Shown piece by piece: positions 1 through 9,419 of a stretch of 64,000 nucleotides of DNA; position 1 is the stretch's first letter, and each line of letters starts with the position of its first letter. The notes under the pieces are model-generated. The model had not been told where the DNA came from. It saw only the letters and a program-made list of their open reading frames with translations, and did no database searches. The stretch lies in the IMG/VR virus record IMGVR_UViG_3300046507_000667, positions 62,001 to 126,000 of that record; one strand, given 5' to 3'. The translations under genes were made by a program, and so were the position numbers.

Positions 1-2
1 AT

Positions 3-254
3 ACTGGGTGGTTTGATTTTTCATATAAGCCAGATGTCCTTGGTCCAGTAGTTCGTATTGCTGGTAATAAGTCAGTAGATGCATTTATTAGCCTAGCTAA
101 GAAGTATAAAGCTCGTGCTGATGAGATTGCAGGACTTATTAAGAAAGATCCACGTAATGCTAAGGCAGTTAAACATGAAATGAAGATTGTTGCTGCAGGT
201 GCAATGGATTTTGATTTAATGGTTAAAAACCTAGTACGTATGGCAGCAGTGTAA
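3..254 (+). CDS. 3' end of a hypothetical protein, truncated by the window edge
   Basis: Open frame from the window start (TGWFDFSYKPDV...VRMAAV) to TAA at 252-254, followed by a hairpin. Confidence 0.7.
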   Translation, partial: TGWFDFSYKPDVLGPVVRIAGNKSVDAFISLAKKYKARADEIAGLIKKDPRNAKAVKHEMKIVAAGAMDFDLMVKNLVRMAAV

Positions 255-261
255 TAAGTAT

Positions 262-291
262 CCCTTAACTCTCTTTACTGAGGGTTAAGGG
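262..291 (+). terminator. Hairpin/terminator of the CCCTWAC family
   Basis: CCCTTAAC...GTTAAGGG followed by a T-rich tract. Confidence 0.7.
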
Positions 292-304
292 GTTTTATTT
301 TTCC

Positions 305-316
305 AACAATTCCTTA
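305..316 (+). promoter_or_regulatory. Late-type promoter AACA-N6-TA
   Basis: AACA-ATTCCT-TA 22 nt before the ATG at 339; same motif precedes many structural genes. Confidence 0.7.
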
Positions 317-338
317 GTTTTCAATAGGAATTTAGAAT

Positions 339-1511
339 ATGTCAAGAATTCTCCTAGATACATATGGATCTTTGATTCATACTGCAGTAAACGATAAACC
401 TAGATTAACTAAATTTATCACTCATATTGAGAAGTACTTTGATAAGAACCATGCTATCGTTTTTGATCAAGGACCAACTAAGAAATTACTATTTGCTAAT
501 AGTGATAAGCAAGTAGTATATGATTTTCTCGGTATGTCCGATAAAGATGTAGCTGATGTAAAGAAAGTTATTAAGACAGTACCTACTATTTACTCTAAAG
601 GTATTATGCTTAATGACCCATTCGTCATCTTATCAGTATATATTGTACGTGAACTTCATGTTCAAAAGCTTGTTAGACAGCGTGATTTAGTTCTTATGTA
701 TTTAGCATTTAAGAACTATTCAAGCTCTCAGAATAAGTTCTTCAAGTATGGTGCTAATGAACAGGTTATGGCCTTTACTTTGAATAATCTATCAGATAAG
801 TTCAAATATAAGGTATTAAAGAATAACTATGCTGTACTTAAAGATACAGTAATGAATTCACACATGACATATGAAAAACTGTTAGAAACTGGCACAGATG
901 ATATGCCGCCAATTTACTATATTCAGTTACATAGTCGTGTCAATAAGATCATTCGTAATATTGCTGGGGAGTATTACACAAACTATAATGAGAAGCGTTA
1001 TATCAATTCAGTTAAGACCTATGATGAAGAATCAGGTGGACTTATTGATTATGAAAATTCTTCTGCTCTTATTAGTGGTTTAGCTGAAGGTACACTAAGC
1101 TATTTTCTAAGCTCTTCTGTCAATATGAATCTTGTAAAGACAGTATCTGAACGAAATTCTATTCCTTCTAGTACTGTATTTCAGGCTCTTAATGCTATTA
1201 AGAAAGAAGAAGATCCTTTAGTAATCCAACTAATGATTACTAAGATTCTAACGATTATCTATGATGATAATCCAGATCTTTTAGGACGAGTTTGTTCACA
1301 AGACTTTGCAATTAATGCTATTAAGCAATTGTCAATTTCTAATACAACTAATCCTAATCTTATTGAGCTAAAGAATATTCTTGATAAGTGGCTAATGACA
1401 TACAATATTAAGTATGCACAGACACAACGATTAGCTACTAAGATGGCTTATCGTAATGCATTATATAGCTACTTTGTATATATTCTTATTCTCAATAAGT
1501 GTAAGAGTTAA
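339..1511 (+). CDS. Hypothetical protein, 390 aa, late operon
   Basis: Long ORF downstream of a late motif; no family recognised. Confidence 0.85.
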   Translation: MSRILLDTYGSLIHTAVNDKPRLTKFITHIEKYFDKNHAIVFDQGPTKKLLFANSDKQVVYDFLGMSDKDVADVKKVIKTVPTIYSKGIMLNDPFVILSVYIVRELHVQKLVRQRDLVLMYLAFKNYSSSQNKFFKYGANEQVMAFTLNNLSDKFKYKVLKNNYAVLKDTVMNSHMTYEKLLETGTDDMPPIYYIQLHSRVNKIIRNIAGEYYTNYNEKRYINSVKTYDEESGGLIDYENSSALISGLAEGTLSYFLSSSVNMNLVKTVSERNSIPSSTVFQALNAIKKEEDPLVIQLMITKILTIIYDDNPDLLGRVCSQDFAINAIKQLSISNTTNPNLIELKNILDKWLMTYNIKYAQTQRLATKMAYRNALYSYFVYILILNKCKS

Positions 1512-1519
1512 GGAATAAT

Positions 1520-3019
1520 ATGCTCATTAATTCATTAGAAGAAGCAGGTATTATTAGGCAAGAGTATAAACCTACTCTACTTGAAGCGGTATATAAGAGA
1601 CATCCAGTTCTTATTCAATGTGAAAAACTACTAGATCAATATATTCAAAAAGTAACTTCACCATTAAATGCTAATTTCTTTGATAGCGAAAAGATTCTTC
1701 AAGAAGTTCAGACTTTACTAGGAAAGCATTTTGGATATAGCGAGTTAGTTATTTCCAACCAACGGTTTTCATTTGGTAGACAAACTGAAACTACTGTCTA
1801 TAAGGATGGTAATACTGTAACTGGTATTGAATCTAAAGAAGTAGTTAACTTTAGAACAAACTTCAAGAATATTGATGCTCATACTTTTAAGTCTATTTCA
1901 GTACAGAAATTAAATCCTTTTGTAGATGACTTAGATATATATGAAAATACAGGCTATAATATTCGATATAAGCCTGGAATGAATTCATTCAATCTTATCC
2001 ATATTTCTCCAGCAATGGTTGCTGCAGGTCTTAATGGTGCTGAATTACTAGCAATATTACTTCATGAGATTGGACATGATTTCTACAATACATCAATTCT
2101 TACTAAGTCATTTAGATTACTAGCAATTATTGGTAATGCTCTAGAAATGGCTACTAGCGTAGTGATTCATTATATCACTAGACTACCATCTATTCTAGTA
2201 CCAGATAATCTAATTACTCAAGTAATTGGTGCGGTTATTGCATTCTTTGAATCATTAGCTACAGATGTAATGTATATGATTAAGCATCGAAAGATGACAA
2301 ATGCATTAGCACAAAGTCTTGGAGTTATTGGTGAATTCATCAATACTATCTTTGGTATTGTAGGTGATTATGCTACTACTCTAAAAAATATTTTTGTTGG
2401 TCCACTTTTGCTAATTCTTGCATTACCAAAGCAGCTACTAAGTTTCTTCCTCATGGATGGTCTTACTGAAGAAAAATTCTGTGATGAATTTGCAGCTATT
2501 CATGGCTATGGTGGTGAATTAGCTTCAGCATTAATGAAGACAAAGAATCCTACTTTATTGTATGATTCAAATCAGGGCACAATCCAAGGTCAAATTGCAG
2601 TATTAAGTGCATATTTTAAAGATTGGTCTAATTCAGCTATTAATCTTCTTGATCCACATCCATCAATTCAGACTAGAGCTAACTATATGGCGGATGCTTT
2701 AAAGAGTCACTTAAAGCATGCTAAAACTCCTGAAGAACGTGCATTGATTAATAGTCAGCTTAGAGCAGTTATTAAGGGTAGTTATTTAGCCACTATTAAT
2801 CGAAATATTACTGGCAGCTCTAAAGATATTGAAAATGCAATGATGACTGCAAATACTACTTCATCATTTAAATTTACATCTGACTTATTTGCAAGTGTTC
2901 CAAAGATTGCTACTGATTTAATCTTGTCTCTCTTCAGTTTCTTTGGACCTGAAGGTAAGCGTCCAGATTCAGTACTTAAGCTACAGCAGAATCTTGTAAA
3001 ACAAGGCTCTAGTAAGTAA
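1520..3019 (+). CDS. Zn-metallopeptidase-like (HEXXH) probable virion protein
   Basis: LLHEIGH, EEKFCDEFAAIHGYG and DPHP..R motifs of zincin/M48-like type. Confidence 0.65.
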   Translation: MLINSLEEAGIIRQEYKPTLLEAVYKRHPVLIQCEKLLDQYIQKVTSPLNANFFDSEKILQEVQTLLGKHFGYSELVISNQRFSFGRQTETTVYKDGNTVTGIESKEVVNFRTNFKNIDAHTFKSISVQKLNPFVDDLDIYENTGYNIRYKPGMNSFNLIHISPAMVAAGLNGAELLAILLHEIGHDFYNTSILTKSFRLLAIIGNALEMATSVVIHYITRLPSILVPDNLITQVIGAVIAFFESLATDVMYMIKHRKMTNALAQSLGVIGEFINTIFGIVGDYATTLKNIFVGPLLLILALPKQLLSFFLMDGLTEEKFCDEFAAIHGYGGELASALMKTKNPTLLYDSNQGTIQGQIAVLSAYFKDWSNSAINLLDPHPSIQTRANYMADALKSHLKHAKTPEERALINSQLRAVIKGSYLATINRNITGSSKDIENAMMTANTTSSFKFTSDLFASVPKIATDLILSLFSFFGPEGKRPDSVLKLQQNLVKQGSSK

Positions 3020-3039
3020 CTAATATAATAAGGAAGCAT

Positions 3040-4217
3040 ATGGCAATTACAGCTAAAAATCGTAAAAAGGCAGAGAAGTTAATCCTTGATACTTTAAGTA
3101 AGCTTGAGCCATCAGGTATGAATACCGAGAAGTATCGAAAGATCTTCTCGGAAATGTCGGATAAACAGTTCGTAGATTACTTCAAAAAACTTAAAGAAGA
3201 TCGTAATGCACACTTATATGTGGAGTGTGACTTATACGGTAAAAATCAGATTACTTTAGGATCAATCCAAAAAGCTGCTGATTTCTTGAAAGTACCTTTA
3301 GAAGAATATGTTTATATTCGACATAAAACACCTGATGGAACTCCTATCAGAAGTAAGTTCCGTGTACCGGTGATGTATATTCATTTGAAGCGTAATTGCG
3401 CCCATATACTAGAAATAGTGTATGCGTATTACATTAATTGCTGGAAGTCCCTAAAGCTAGTTTAATCTAGATTGAGTATAGCCAAAAGCTATATTTCTAT
3501 ACAATGGGTAATCAGCAGCACTATTTTAACTTATACTTTACCTCGTAAAAATAAATAGTGTTCAACGACTATTCCTGCAATGGAAGTACATATCAAGTGA
3601 TATGGAAATGTGTAATATCCTTCTAGGATAATGATATAGTCTCTTCTTATGTGAAAGCATAAGCTGATAGTTAACAACTATCAATAAGATTAAGTATGCA
3701 ACAGATCCAGACTAAGAAAGTCAAGACTTCTATTGATATTGAATCTGGTAATGTACGTTCGAATATTACTGGTAACTTAAATCAAGATAATAAGTCGGGC
3801 CGATTCACTGATGCAGATACACAAGCTTTTCTATCTATCTTATCTGATAAGAAACTTGAAATTGGAAAGACTGGTAAGAAAGAATCTGCTATTCTTAATG
3901 AATTACTATTGGCTCGTGGTGGTAATGCTGCTATGAAAGCTGCAATGTCAAAGAATATTTCACTCTTTGGCGCTGCTTCCCTACAAGACGTTGATGTAGG
4001 TACATCATATGCAGCAGTATCACCGGGAATTAGTAGTGCATCAGCTATTACAGCAGAACCAGCTAAGAATACTATTGATGCATTCTTAATTGGTGCTGGT
4101 ATGAAGTCTGACATCATCTATAAGTCATTAGTTACACTACAAGGTGAAGCTAGTAAGTCTGAAGGTGGTGATGGTGATGAATTTGCATCATTAAGCAGAG
4201 CATTAGGTCGTGAATAA
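3040..4217 (+). CDS. RNA polymerase beta-like C-terminal subunit, probably virion RNAP; join(3040..3393,3699..4217), about 290 aa
   Basis: Joined sequence MYIHLKR|QQIQTKK...GRFTDADTQAFL resembles the beta C-terminal YMLKL..H....K...GGQRFGEME..AL region; two ORFs separated by an intron core. Confidence 0.7.
3394..3698 (+). ncRNA. Group I intron (IA2-like), ORF-less, cis
   Basis: P1 GCGU/GCGC; P2 with GAAA loop; P AATTGCTGGAA; Q AATCAGCAGC; P6a CACTATTT/AAATAGTG; R TTCAACGACTA; S GATATAGTC. Confidence 0.9.
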
Positions 4218-4223
4218 AATAGT

Positions 4224-4308
4224 CCCTATACCTTCGAAAAGAGAGTATAGGGATTTATTTTAAATTTTGAATAAAGAAAACCCCTAACCTCCAATTGGAA
4301 GTTAGGGG
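4224..4308. terminator. Two back-to-back hairpins at a convergent gene junction
   Basis: CCCTATAC/GTATAGGG (4224-4252) and CCCCTAAC/GTTAGGGG (4281-4308). Confidence 0.75.
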
Positions 4309-4340
4309 ATTCTTTTCTACTACATTTTTTTTTCTAAATA

Positions 4341-5087
4341 TTAGCCTGTGAAGGTACCAATATTGTCGAAAGAATTTTCTGTGTAGAATGGGTAGACGCG
4401 ATCGGCAATATAACTTGATGCAAAAGCGTCAACAGCCTGACCAAAGTTTAGAACAGCCGAGAAAGGTTGATCTAGCTCTGCTAGGTTGTGGTCGCCTGAA
4501 GCAAAGTTATAGTGCTCAAGGTTCAGACGTTTTGGCATGACATGTGTCCACAGGAAAGCACGCTCGATGTTTTTACCTGAAAAATTATCAGCATCGGGAC
4601 GTGTCACCACGTAGAGAAGCACACCGGTATGGTTTGAGCTATGATATTCTAAGTTATACTGCTTAGGATATGTAGCAATACCAGTTTTAGGATCACGAAT
4701 ACCTGATACCCATTGATCGTAGCACTTTGTCAATGGGGAACCAGAGTGTTCTTGATACTGTAGTGTAAATTCAGTTGGCTTACCTGCCATGCTCTTAGCA
4801 TAGTGGGTTTCGTTAGAAGTAAATCCAGCATGTACGCCATCTGTATCAATATCAAGGTTGCTTAGACCTTGGAACGATTTGAAGTTTTTCTGTGATAGTT
4901 GCTTAAATTCTTCAACGTTATCTAACCATGTTGGAACCTTAATCCAGGTAATGAAAGCATAACCCGATACATATGGGTCAAAGCTTCCAGAACCTGTATT
5001 AATAGAACCAGTGAAAAAGTTAGTAGCGGTAGCTGAAGCGTCATGTGACGTTAGGCTCTGATCACGTGAAAGTGTATTACCTGCCAT
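4341..5087 (-). CDS. Tail tube protein
   Basis: 248 aa directly after the sheath gene; FDPYVSGY, YQEHSG, W..GIRDP.TG motifs typical of jumbo-phage tube proteins. Confidence 0.75.
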   Translation of the reverse strand: MAGNTLSRDQSLTSHDASATATNFFTGSINTGSGSFDPYVSGYAFITWIKVPTWLDNVEEFKQLSQKNFKSFQGLSNLDIDTDGVHAGFTSNETHYAKSMAGKPTEFTLQYQEHSGSPLTKCYDQWVSGIRDPKTGIATYPKQYNLEYHSSNHTGVLLYVVTRPDADNFSGKNIERAFLWTHVMPKRLNLEHYNFASGDHNLAELDQPFSAVLNFGQAVDAFASSYIADRVYPFYTENSFDNIGTFTG

Positions 5088-5112
5088 AATTTTTCCCTAG
5101 CTATAGTTTGGA

Positions 5113-6942
5113 TTATCGGTTTACAACGATATCAGTGTAAATACGCTCAATGATACCTGTAAATTCTAGTTCAATACGTACGCGAGCAATCTTTTGCTGA
5201 CGATCGTAATCTGAGGCATATACGGTCGCAGTAATGTATGTTAGCGCACGATTTGATACCCACTTCTGTAGATTGTTATTAAGATTGTAATTAATAGAAT
5301 CGTAAGTGTTCTTATCGTTGAACTCCATACGATAATCGCTAAGCATTGTCTCTGTTTCACGCTTAATACGTAGAAGAGCACGGACATTGTTGATGTCTGA
5401 AAGTGCTGATGCTACTGTTTGTGTAGTAAGCTGTGTAGCAAAGTTAGTCTTACGTGGATCACGTTCGATATAGTTAACTTGTGCCTTGTAGAGATTTTCC
5501 TTCCACATTTCGTTAGGAATGAAGTTAATGTTATCGAAACCACTGATAACACCACGACGTGGACCAACAAATGGCCATTGAATACCGAATGCGGCATCAT
5601 TGGCTGGAATCATGCTTGCTAGTAGATATAGTGATGTAACAGTGACTGTTTCGCCATTGTATGCATCATAAATATCACCATGCTGTGCATAGATACCTGT
5701 GTAGAAGTTAGACATTGAGATTGAGCTACGACGGAAGTCGATAGACTGTTGCTCATTGCCTTGGAAACCTACATCTAGAAGACCAATACAATCCTGACGA
5801 GTATCTACAATTAGATCACTAATTGCATTCTTGACAGCGGCATCATAGTTAGCATCAAGAATAACGTCAACTTCATAGATCTTTGGATCTAGAAGGTTGT
5901 TATCGATTAGACCTGAGTATGCCTTAACATATAGTGCTTCTTCAGCATTACCACCTGTCCAAGTACCTTCTGAGCCTGAAGCTAGATGAATAACTGAATT
6001 AAGGTCGGTACCAGTTGCATCCCATGTAGCGCCACCATGAATTGGTGCTGGAGCTGGTGTGCTATAAACACTACGCTCTTGACCAAATAGGATATCAATG
6101 AAAGCTGGATTGGTTGTACTAGCTAGATCGCCAAGAATCATTGCTGCAATCTTGTCGAAGTTATCACGACGACCAAGAATCTGGAAATAGTCTGAAGCGT
6201 ACTTGTTCACTACTGTTGGTAGGAACATTGAAGCACGTGACTTATCCTTAGCATCTGGATCAAGACTTACTAGGAATGGACCTGCTACTACTACGTCTGC
6301 ACCAGTCGCATCTTTAGCAGTGATTGAGAAGTTATAAGTACGTGAATCGTATGTTGAATCAAGATCGCTACGGAGAGAGATCTGCATACCCATACCATTA
6401 TAACCATCACCACGACCGGGAGGTAGTGCTACGAATAGTGGTAGTTCATATGTAGTTGAACCATCTTCATTTGTAGTTGTCTTATCTTGATTAAGAACTG
6501 TTTGAACTGCTGCTTTTGAAGTAATGCTTGCAACTAGAGGAGCAAAAACAGGTTTAACCTTAACTGAGCGTGGTACACCTACTACTGGTGGTTGTGCATC
6601 TGGATCAGCAACAACTTCTGGTGTTACAGTAACGATAAGCTTAGCCATGACGTTTGCAAAAGTTGCATCGTCTGGTAGAATACGTAGACCATATACGCCA
6701 CCACCGCCACGTAGCCATTGAGCGGCATTGTAAGCTGCTTGACCATATTTAGAAAGATTGGGAACACCAGTCTTAAATAGGAATTCAGCTTCAGAACCGT
6801 ATTCAACGATCTGATTATCGACACCAAGTGGAGAACGGAAAGCAACAAAGAGTTTTGTAGTACCTTGTGCTGTCTGAAAAACTTGAGAGTTATCGATAAT
6901 TCTTGTGGCTACTGACGGATGTAAATATTCTGTATTAGCCAT
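5113..6942 (-). CDS. Tail sheath protein
   Basis: N-terminal YLHPSV..RIIDNS; C-terminal WPFVGPRRG, NNVRALLRIKR, F.GIIERI sheath signatures. Confidence 0.9.
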   Translation of the reverse strand: MANTEYLHPSVATRIIDNSQVFQTAQGTTKLFVAFRSPLGVDNQIVEYGSEAEFLFKTGVPNLSKYGQAAYNAAQWLRGGGGVYGLRILPDDATFANVMAKLIVTVTPEVVADPDAQPPVVGVPRSVKVKPVFAPLVASITSKAAVQTVLNQDKTTTNEDGSTTYELPLFVALPPGRGDGYNGMGMQISLRSDLDSTYDSRTYNFSITAKDATGADVVVAGPFLVSLDPDAKDKSRASMFLPTVVNKYASDYFQILGRRDNFDKIAAMILGDLASTTNPAFIDILFGQERSVYSTPAPAPIHGGATWDATGTDLNSVIHLASGSEGTWTGGNAEEALYVKAYSGLIDNNLLDPKIYEVDVILDANYDAAVKNAISDLIVDTRQDCIGLLDVGFQGNEQQSIDFRRSSISMSNFYTGIYAQHGDIYDAYNGETVTVTSLYLLASMIPANDAAFGIQWPFVGPRRGVISGFDNINFIPNEMWKENLYKAQVNYIERDPRKTNFATQLTTQTVASALSDINNVRALLRIKRETETMLSDYRMEFNDKNTYDSINYNLNNNLQKWVSNRALTYITATVYASDYDRQQKIARVRIELEFTGIIERIYTDIVVNR

Positions 6943-7022
6943 TACATTTCCTTAAAAATAAAAATTAGCTTCATTTCCATAGTTTTTTGAATAATGGATT
7001 TTCTTCGAAAAATTCAAGAATC

Positions 7023-7034
7023 TAATTTTTTGTT
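7023..7034 (-). promoter_or_regulatory. Late-type promoter for sheath/tube
   Basis: AACA-AAAAAT-TA on the minus strand. Confidence 0.7.
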
Positions 7035-7076
7035 GATTGTTTATTATAAACAACCCATAGAAAATTCATTATCCGT

Positions 7077-7772
7077 TTAGGCAAGATCAATTAGATCATC
7101 AACCGGGGAAACATTGTCCATACTCTTTGTTCTTGAGAGATAAACACCTGCTTGCAAGGATTTCTTTACATCTTCAAAAGAAAGAGCACCAAATACTGAA
7201 CGATTACGCCCAATATCCTTAATATTGATTAGCGTATAGTCAGTTGGACTTACACCTTTCTTGTCAATAGCCATTCGGAAAGGCATAGTTAAATCATCTT
7301 TATATCTGACCATTTCAGAAATCATTGCTTCTAGAAGTTCACTAGGTACATTTAGTGATACACCATTAAAAGACATATTTTGAATGAATAATTTCAGTAG
7401 ATCTTCGAAGTTATCTACTGGAATTCGAGCAGATGTAAAGTACTTCATAAATCTATCAGCAGATTTAACGTGTCCAACGAAATATTGCTGTTCTACAATA
7501 ATATCATTAGTTTTATAAAAGAGAGTAACACTTTCTCCATCTGACTCTCGTTCAAGGACATTTAACTTTATAGCTAATGGAAATTTTACTGTGAACTGAT
7601 CTTTATCATCAATAGAATGGATTCTGAAGAGGCCATATGTAGAGATATTAGAATCTACTTCTTCTGCAAGACCATTATCAAACATATCTTTTGAAATGAT
7701 AATTTTAAGGTCTTTCTTAGCAATAAGTTGGATTCCGTCTTTATAAAGATACTGATCAATTTTGTTAGCCAT
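7077..7772 (-). CDS. RNA polymerase beta'-like extreme C-terminal fragment (small subunit)
   Basis: VSLNVPSELLEAMISEM...SVFGALSFEDVKKSL parallels the beta' C-terminal (H)IE.IVRQM...SFISAASFQETT.VL region. Confidence 0.6.
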   Translation of the reverse strand: MANKIDQYLYKDGIQLIAKKDLKIIISKDMFDNGLAEEVDSNISTYGLFRIHSIDDKDQFTVKFPLAIKLNVLERESDGESVTLFYKTNDIIVEQQYFVGHVKSADRFMKYFTSARIPVDNFEDLLKLFIQNMSFNGVSLNVPSELLEAMISEMVRYKDDLTMPFRMAIDKKGVSPTDYTLINIKDIGRNRSVFGALSFEDVKKSLQAGVYLSRTKSMDNVSPVDDLIDLA

Positions 7773-7840
7773 TGTTTTTCCAATAATAAAAGCATAAAGA
7801 ACCCTATACCTTTGTTTAAAAGGTATAGGGACTTAAATAT

Positions 7841-8623
7841 TTACTTCATCGACTTGCGATAATCACATACTTTATTGATGAAGCTTACATCAGATGCAGT
7901 TGAGAATGCCACTGTAAGAATATTTGTAGTAAGCTTTGCATAAATCAGCTTGCTCTGCATAATATCTTTACGGTTAGCATTAACGAACTTCAAGAAGAAA
8001 TACACAAAGTCAATCTTATTCTGCATAAACTTACGACCTTCAGGCTTAATAGCATGAATCTTCTGAAGAAGAACGCCAAGACCTTCAAAGAACTTAAGCT
8101 TATTAGTACGAGCAAAATGGTCAACCTTATCGTATTCCATTTGTACTAGACCAAGAGAGATTTCTAGTTGTGGATTAATAGTCTTACCAACAAAAAGAAT
8201 CAGTGATGATTGCTCTTCAAATTCATGAATATTCTCTAGAAGAAGACGAGCATTCGCTAGTTGCTGAAGCTGTTCTGCAGTAGGAGCCGAAGTTAGTTGC
8301 TGAATATCAGAAATTACAGTAGTTGCTGAAGTTTTAAGATTTTCTACCATCTTTTCAGCTACATTTTGTACATGCTGTACAGCTTTAAGATTCTGATTAT
8401 CCATTGCAGATTCCAGAGTCTTTACATCTTGCTGAAGCTCTTCAGGAGTCTTCTTAGCTAATTCTTCTTCGCTTGTATTTAGAAGACTTTCAATCTTTGC
8501 TTCATCAGCAATAATCTCAGTAGTAGCAGCATCTAGTTCATTTAAAAGAACTGCATCTGAGTCAACTACAGGAGCAGCTTCAACTACTGGTTGAGTATTA
8601 TGATTATGATGATGGTTGGACAT
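7841..8623 (-). CDS. Hypothetical protein, 260 aa
   Basis: ORF with phage-like codon use. Confidence 0.8.
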   Translation of the reverse strand: MSNHHHNHNTQPVVEAAPVVDSDAVLLNELDAATTEIIADEAKIESLLNTSEEELAKKTPEELQQDVKTLESAMDNQNLKAVQHVQNVAEKMVENLKTSATTVISDIQQLTSAPTAEQLQQLANARLLLENIHEFEEQSSLILFVGKTINPQLEISLGLVQMEYDKVDHFARTNKLKFFEGLGVLLQKIHAIKPEGRKFMQNKIDFVYFFLKFVNANRKDIMQSKLIYAKLTTNILTVAFSTASDVSFINKVCDYRKSMK

Positions 8624-8650
8624 GATGTAGTTCCTAAGTGTAATTTACTA

Positions 8651-9412
8651 TTATGCTGTTGGTGCAGCTACGATTTGCTTAATTGTGTCAATAAGTCTAT
8701 GCTTAAATGCAATTAAGAAATCGGGGAAGTGTTCTGATGAAAGAACGTTAGACATAAGAGTTTGATATGATTCACATGATTCCGAATCAAATAACTCATC
8801 AAGTGCTTCTCGTTCTTCAGAAGTTAGGTCGATATAATCAAAGAATGTACCAATATCAACATTTTCAGCACCTAGTACTGTATTAGCAATATCTAATGCA
8901 TTAACGATAAGAATGATATATTCAGGATTATCTAGATTAAGCTCAGTCTTGATATTCTGATATACTAGATCTTTTCTAGGTGTAGATTGCTTAAACTCAG
9001 GAGCAAGAGTCTTCTTATTGTTATAAGCAAAGCTAATTAGATAAGTTAGTAGATTCTCACGGAATCCAATATAGAAAGTATTGTAAATCAAATTAACTAA
9101 GAAGCGTGCCTGTGGTGCTTCATTAAATTGGTCTGAAATAGCTTTCTTATCAACACCAAAATCTTGACAGAATTGATTGACAATTAATGTATTAGCGGCA
9201 GCTTCTACATTAGTTGCATCATCAATTTGATCTTGATCTAAATCAAATCTATCTTTAATAAAATCAACTTTAGTTACAATCGTATTGTATAAATCATTAG
9301 ATGGTTTATTTGCAATAAGATCTTGGCGGTTTGATAGATATTCATCTAATCCTTCTTGTAAAATGGAGGCTGTCTCCTTTACAAGAATACTGTCACTGTC
9401 TAAACTAAACAT
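8651..9412 (-). CDS. Hypothetical acidic protein, 253 aa
   Basis: ORF closely coupled to the end of terminase exon 2. Confidence 0.8.
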   Translation of the reverse strand: MFSLDSDSILVKETASILQEGLDEYLSNRQDLIANKPSNDLYNTIVTKVDFIKDRFDLDQDQIDDATNVEAAANTLIVNQFCQDFGVDKKAISDQFNEAPQARFLVNLIYNTFYIGFRENLLTYLISFAYNNKKTLAPEFKQSTPRKDLVYQNIKTELNLDNPEYIILIVNALDIANTVLGAENVDIGTFFDYIDLTSEEREALDELFDSESCESYQTLMSNVLSSEHFPDFLIAFKHRLIDTIKQIVAAPTA

Positions 9413-9419
9413 AATTGTC

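Noticed and set aside
3394-3465. C-terminal 23 codons of ORF 3040-3465 and the PTYP tail of ORF 40168-42936
   Set aside because: Both are read-through into intron sequence, not real protein ends or pseudogene breaks.
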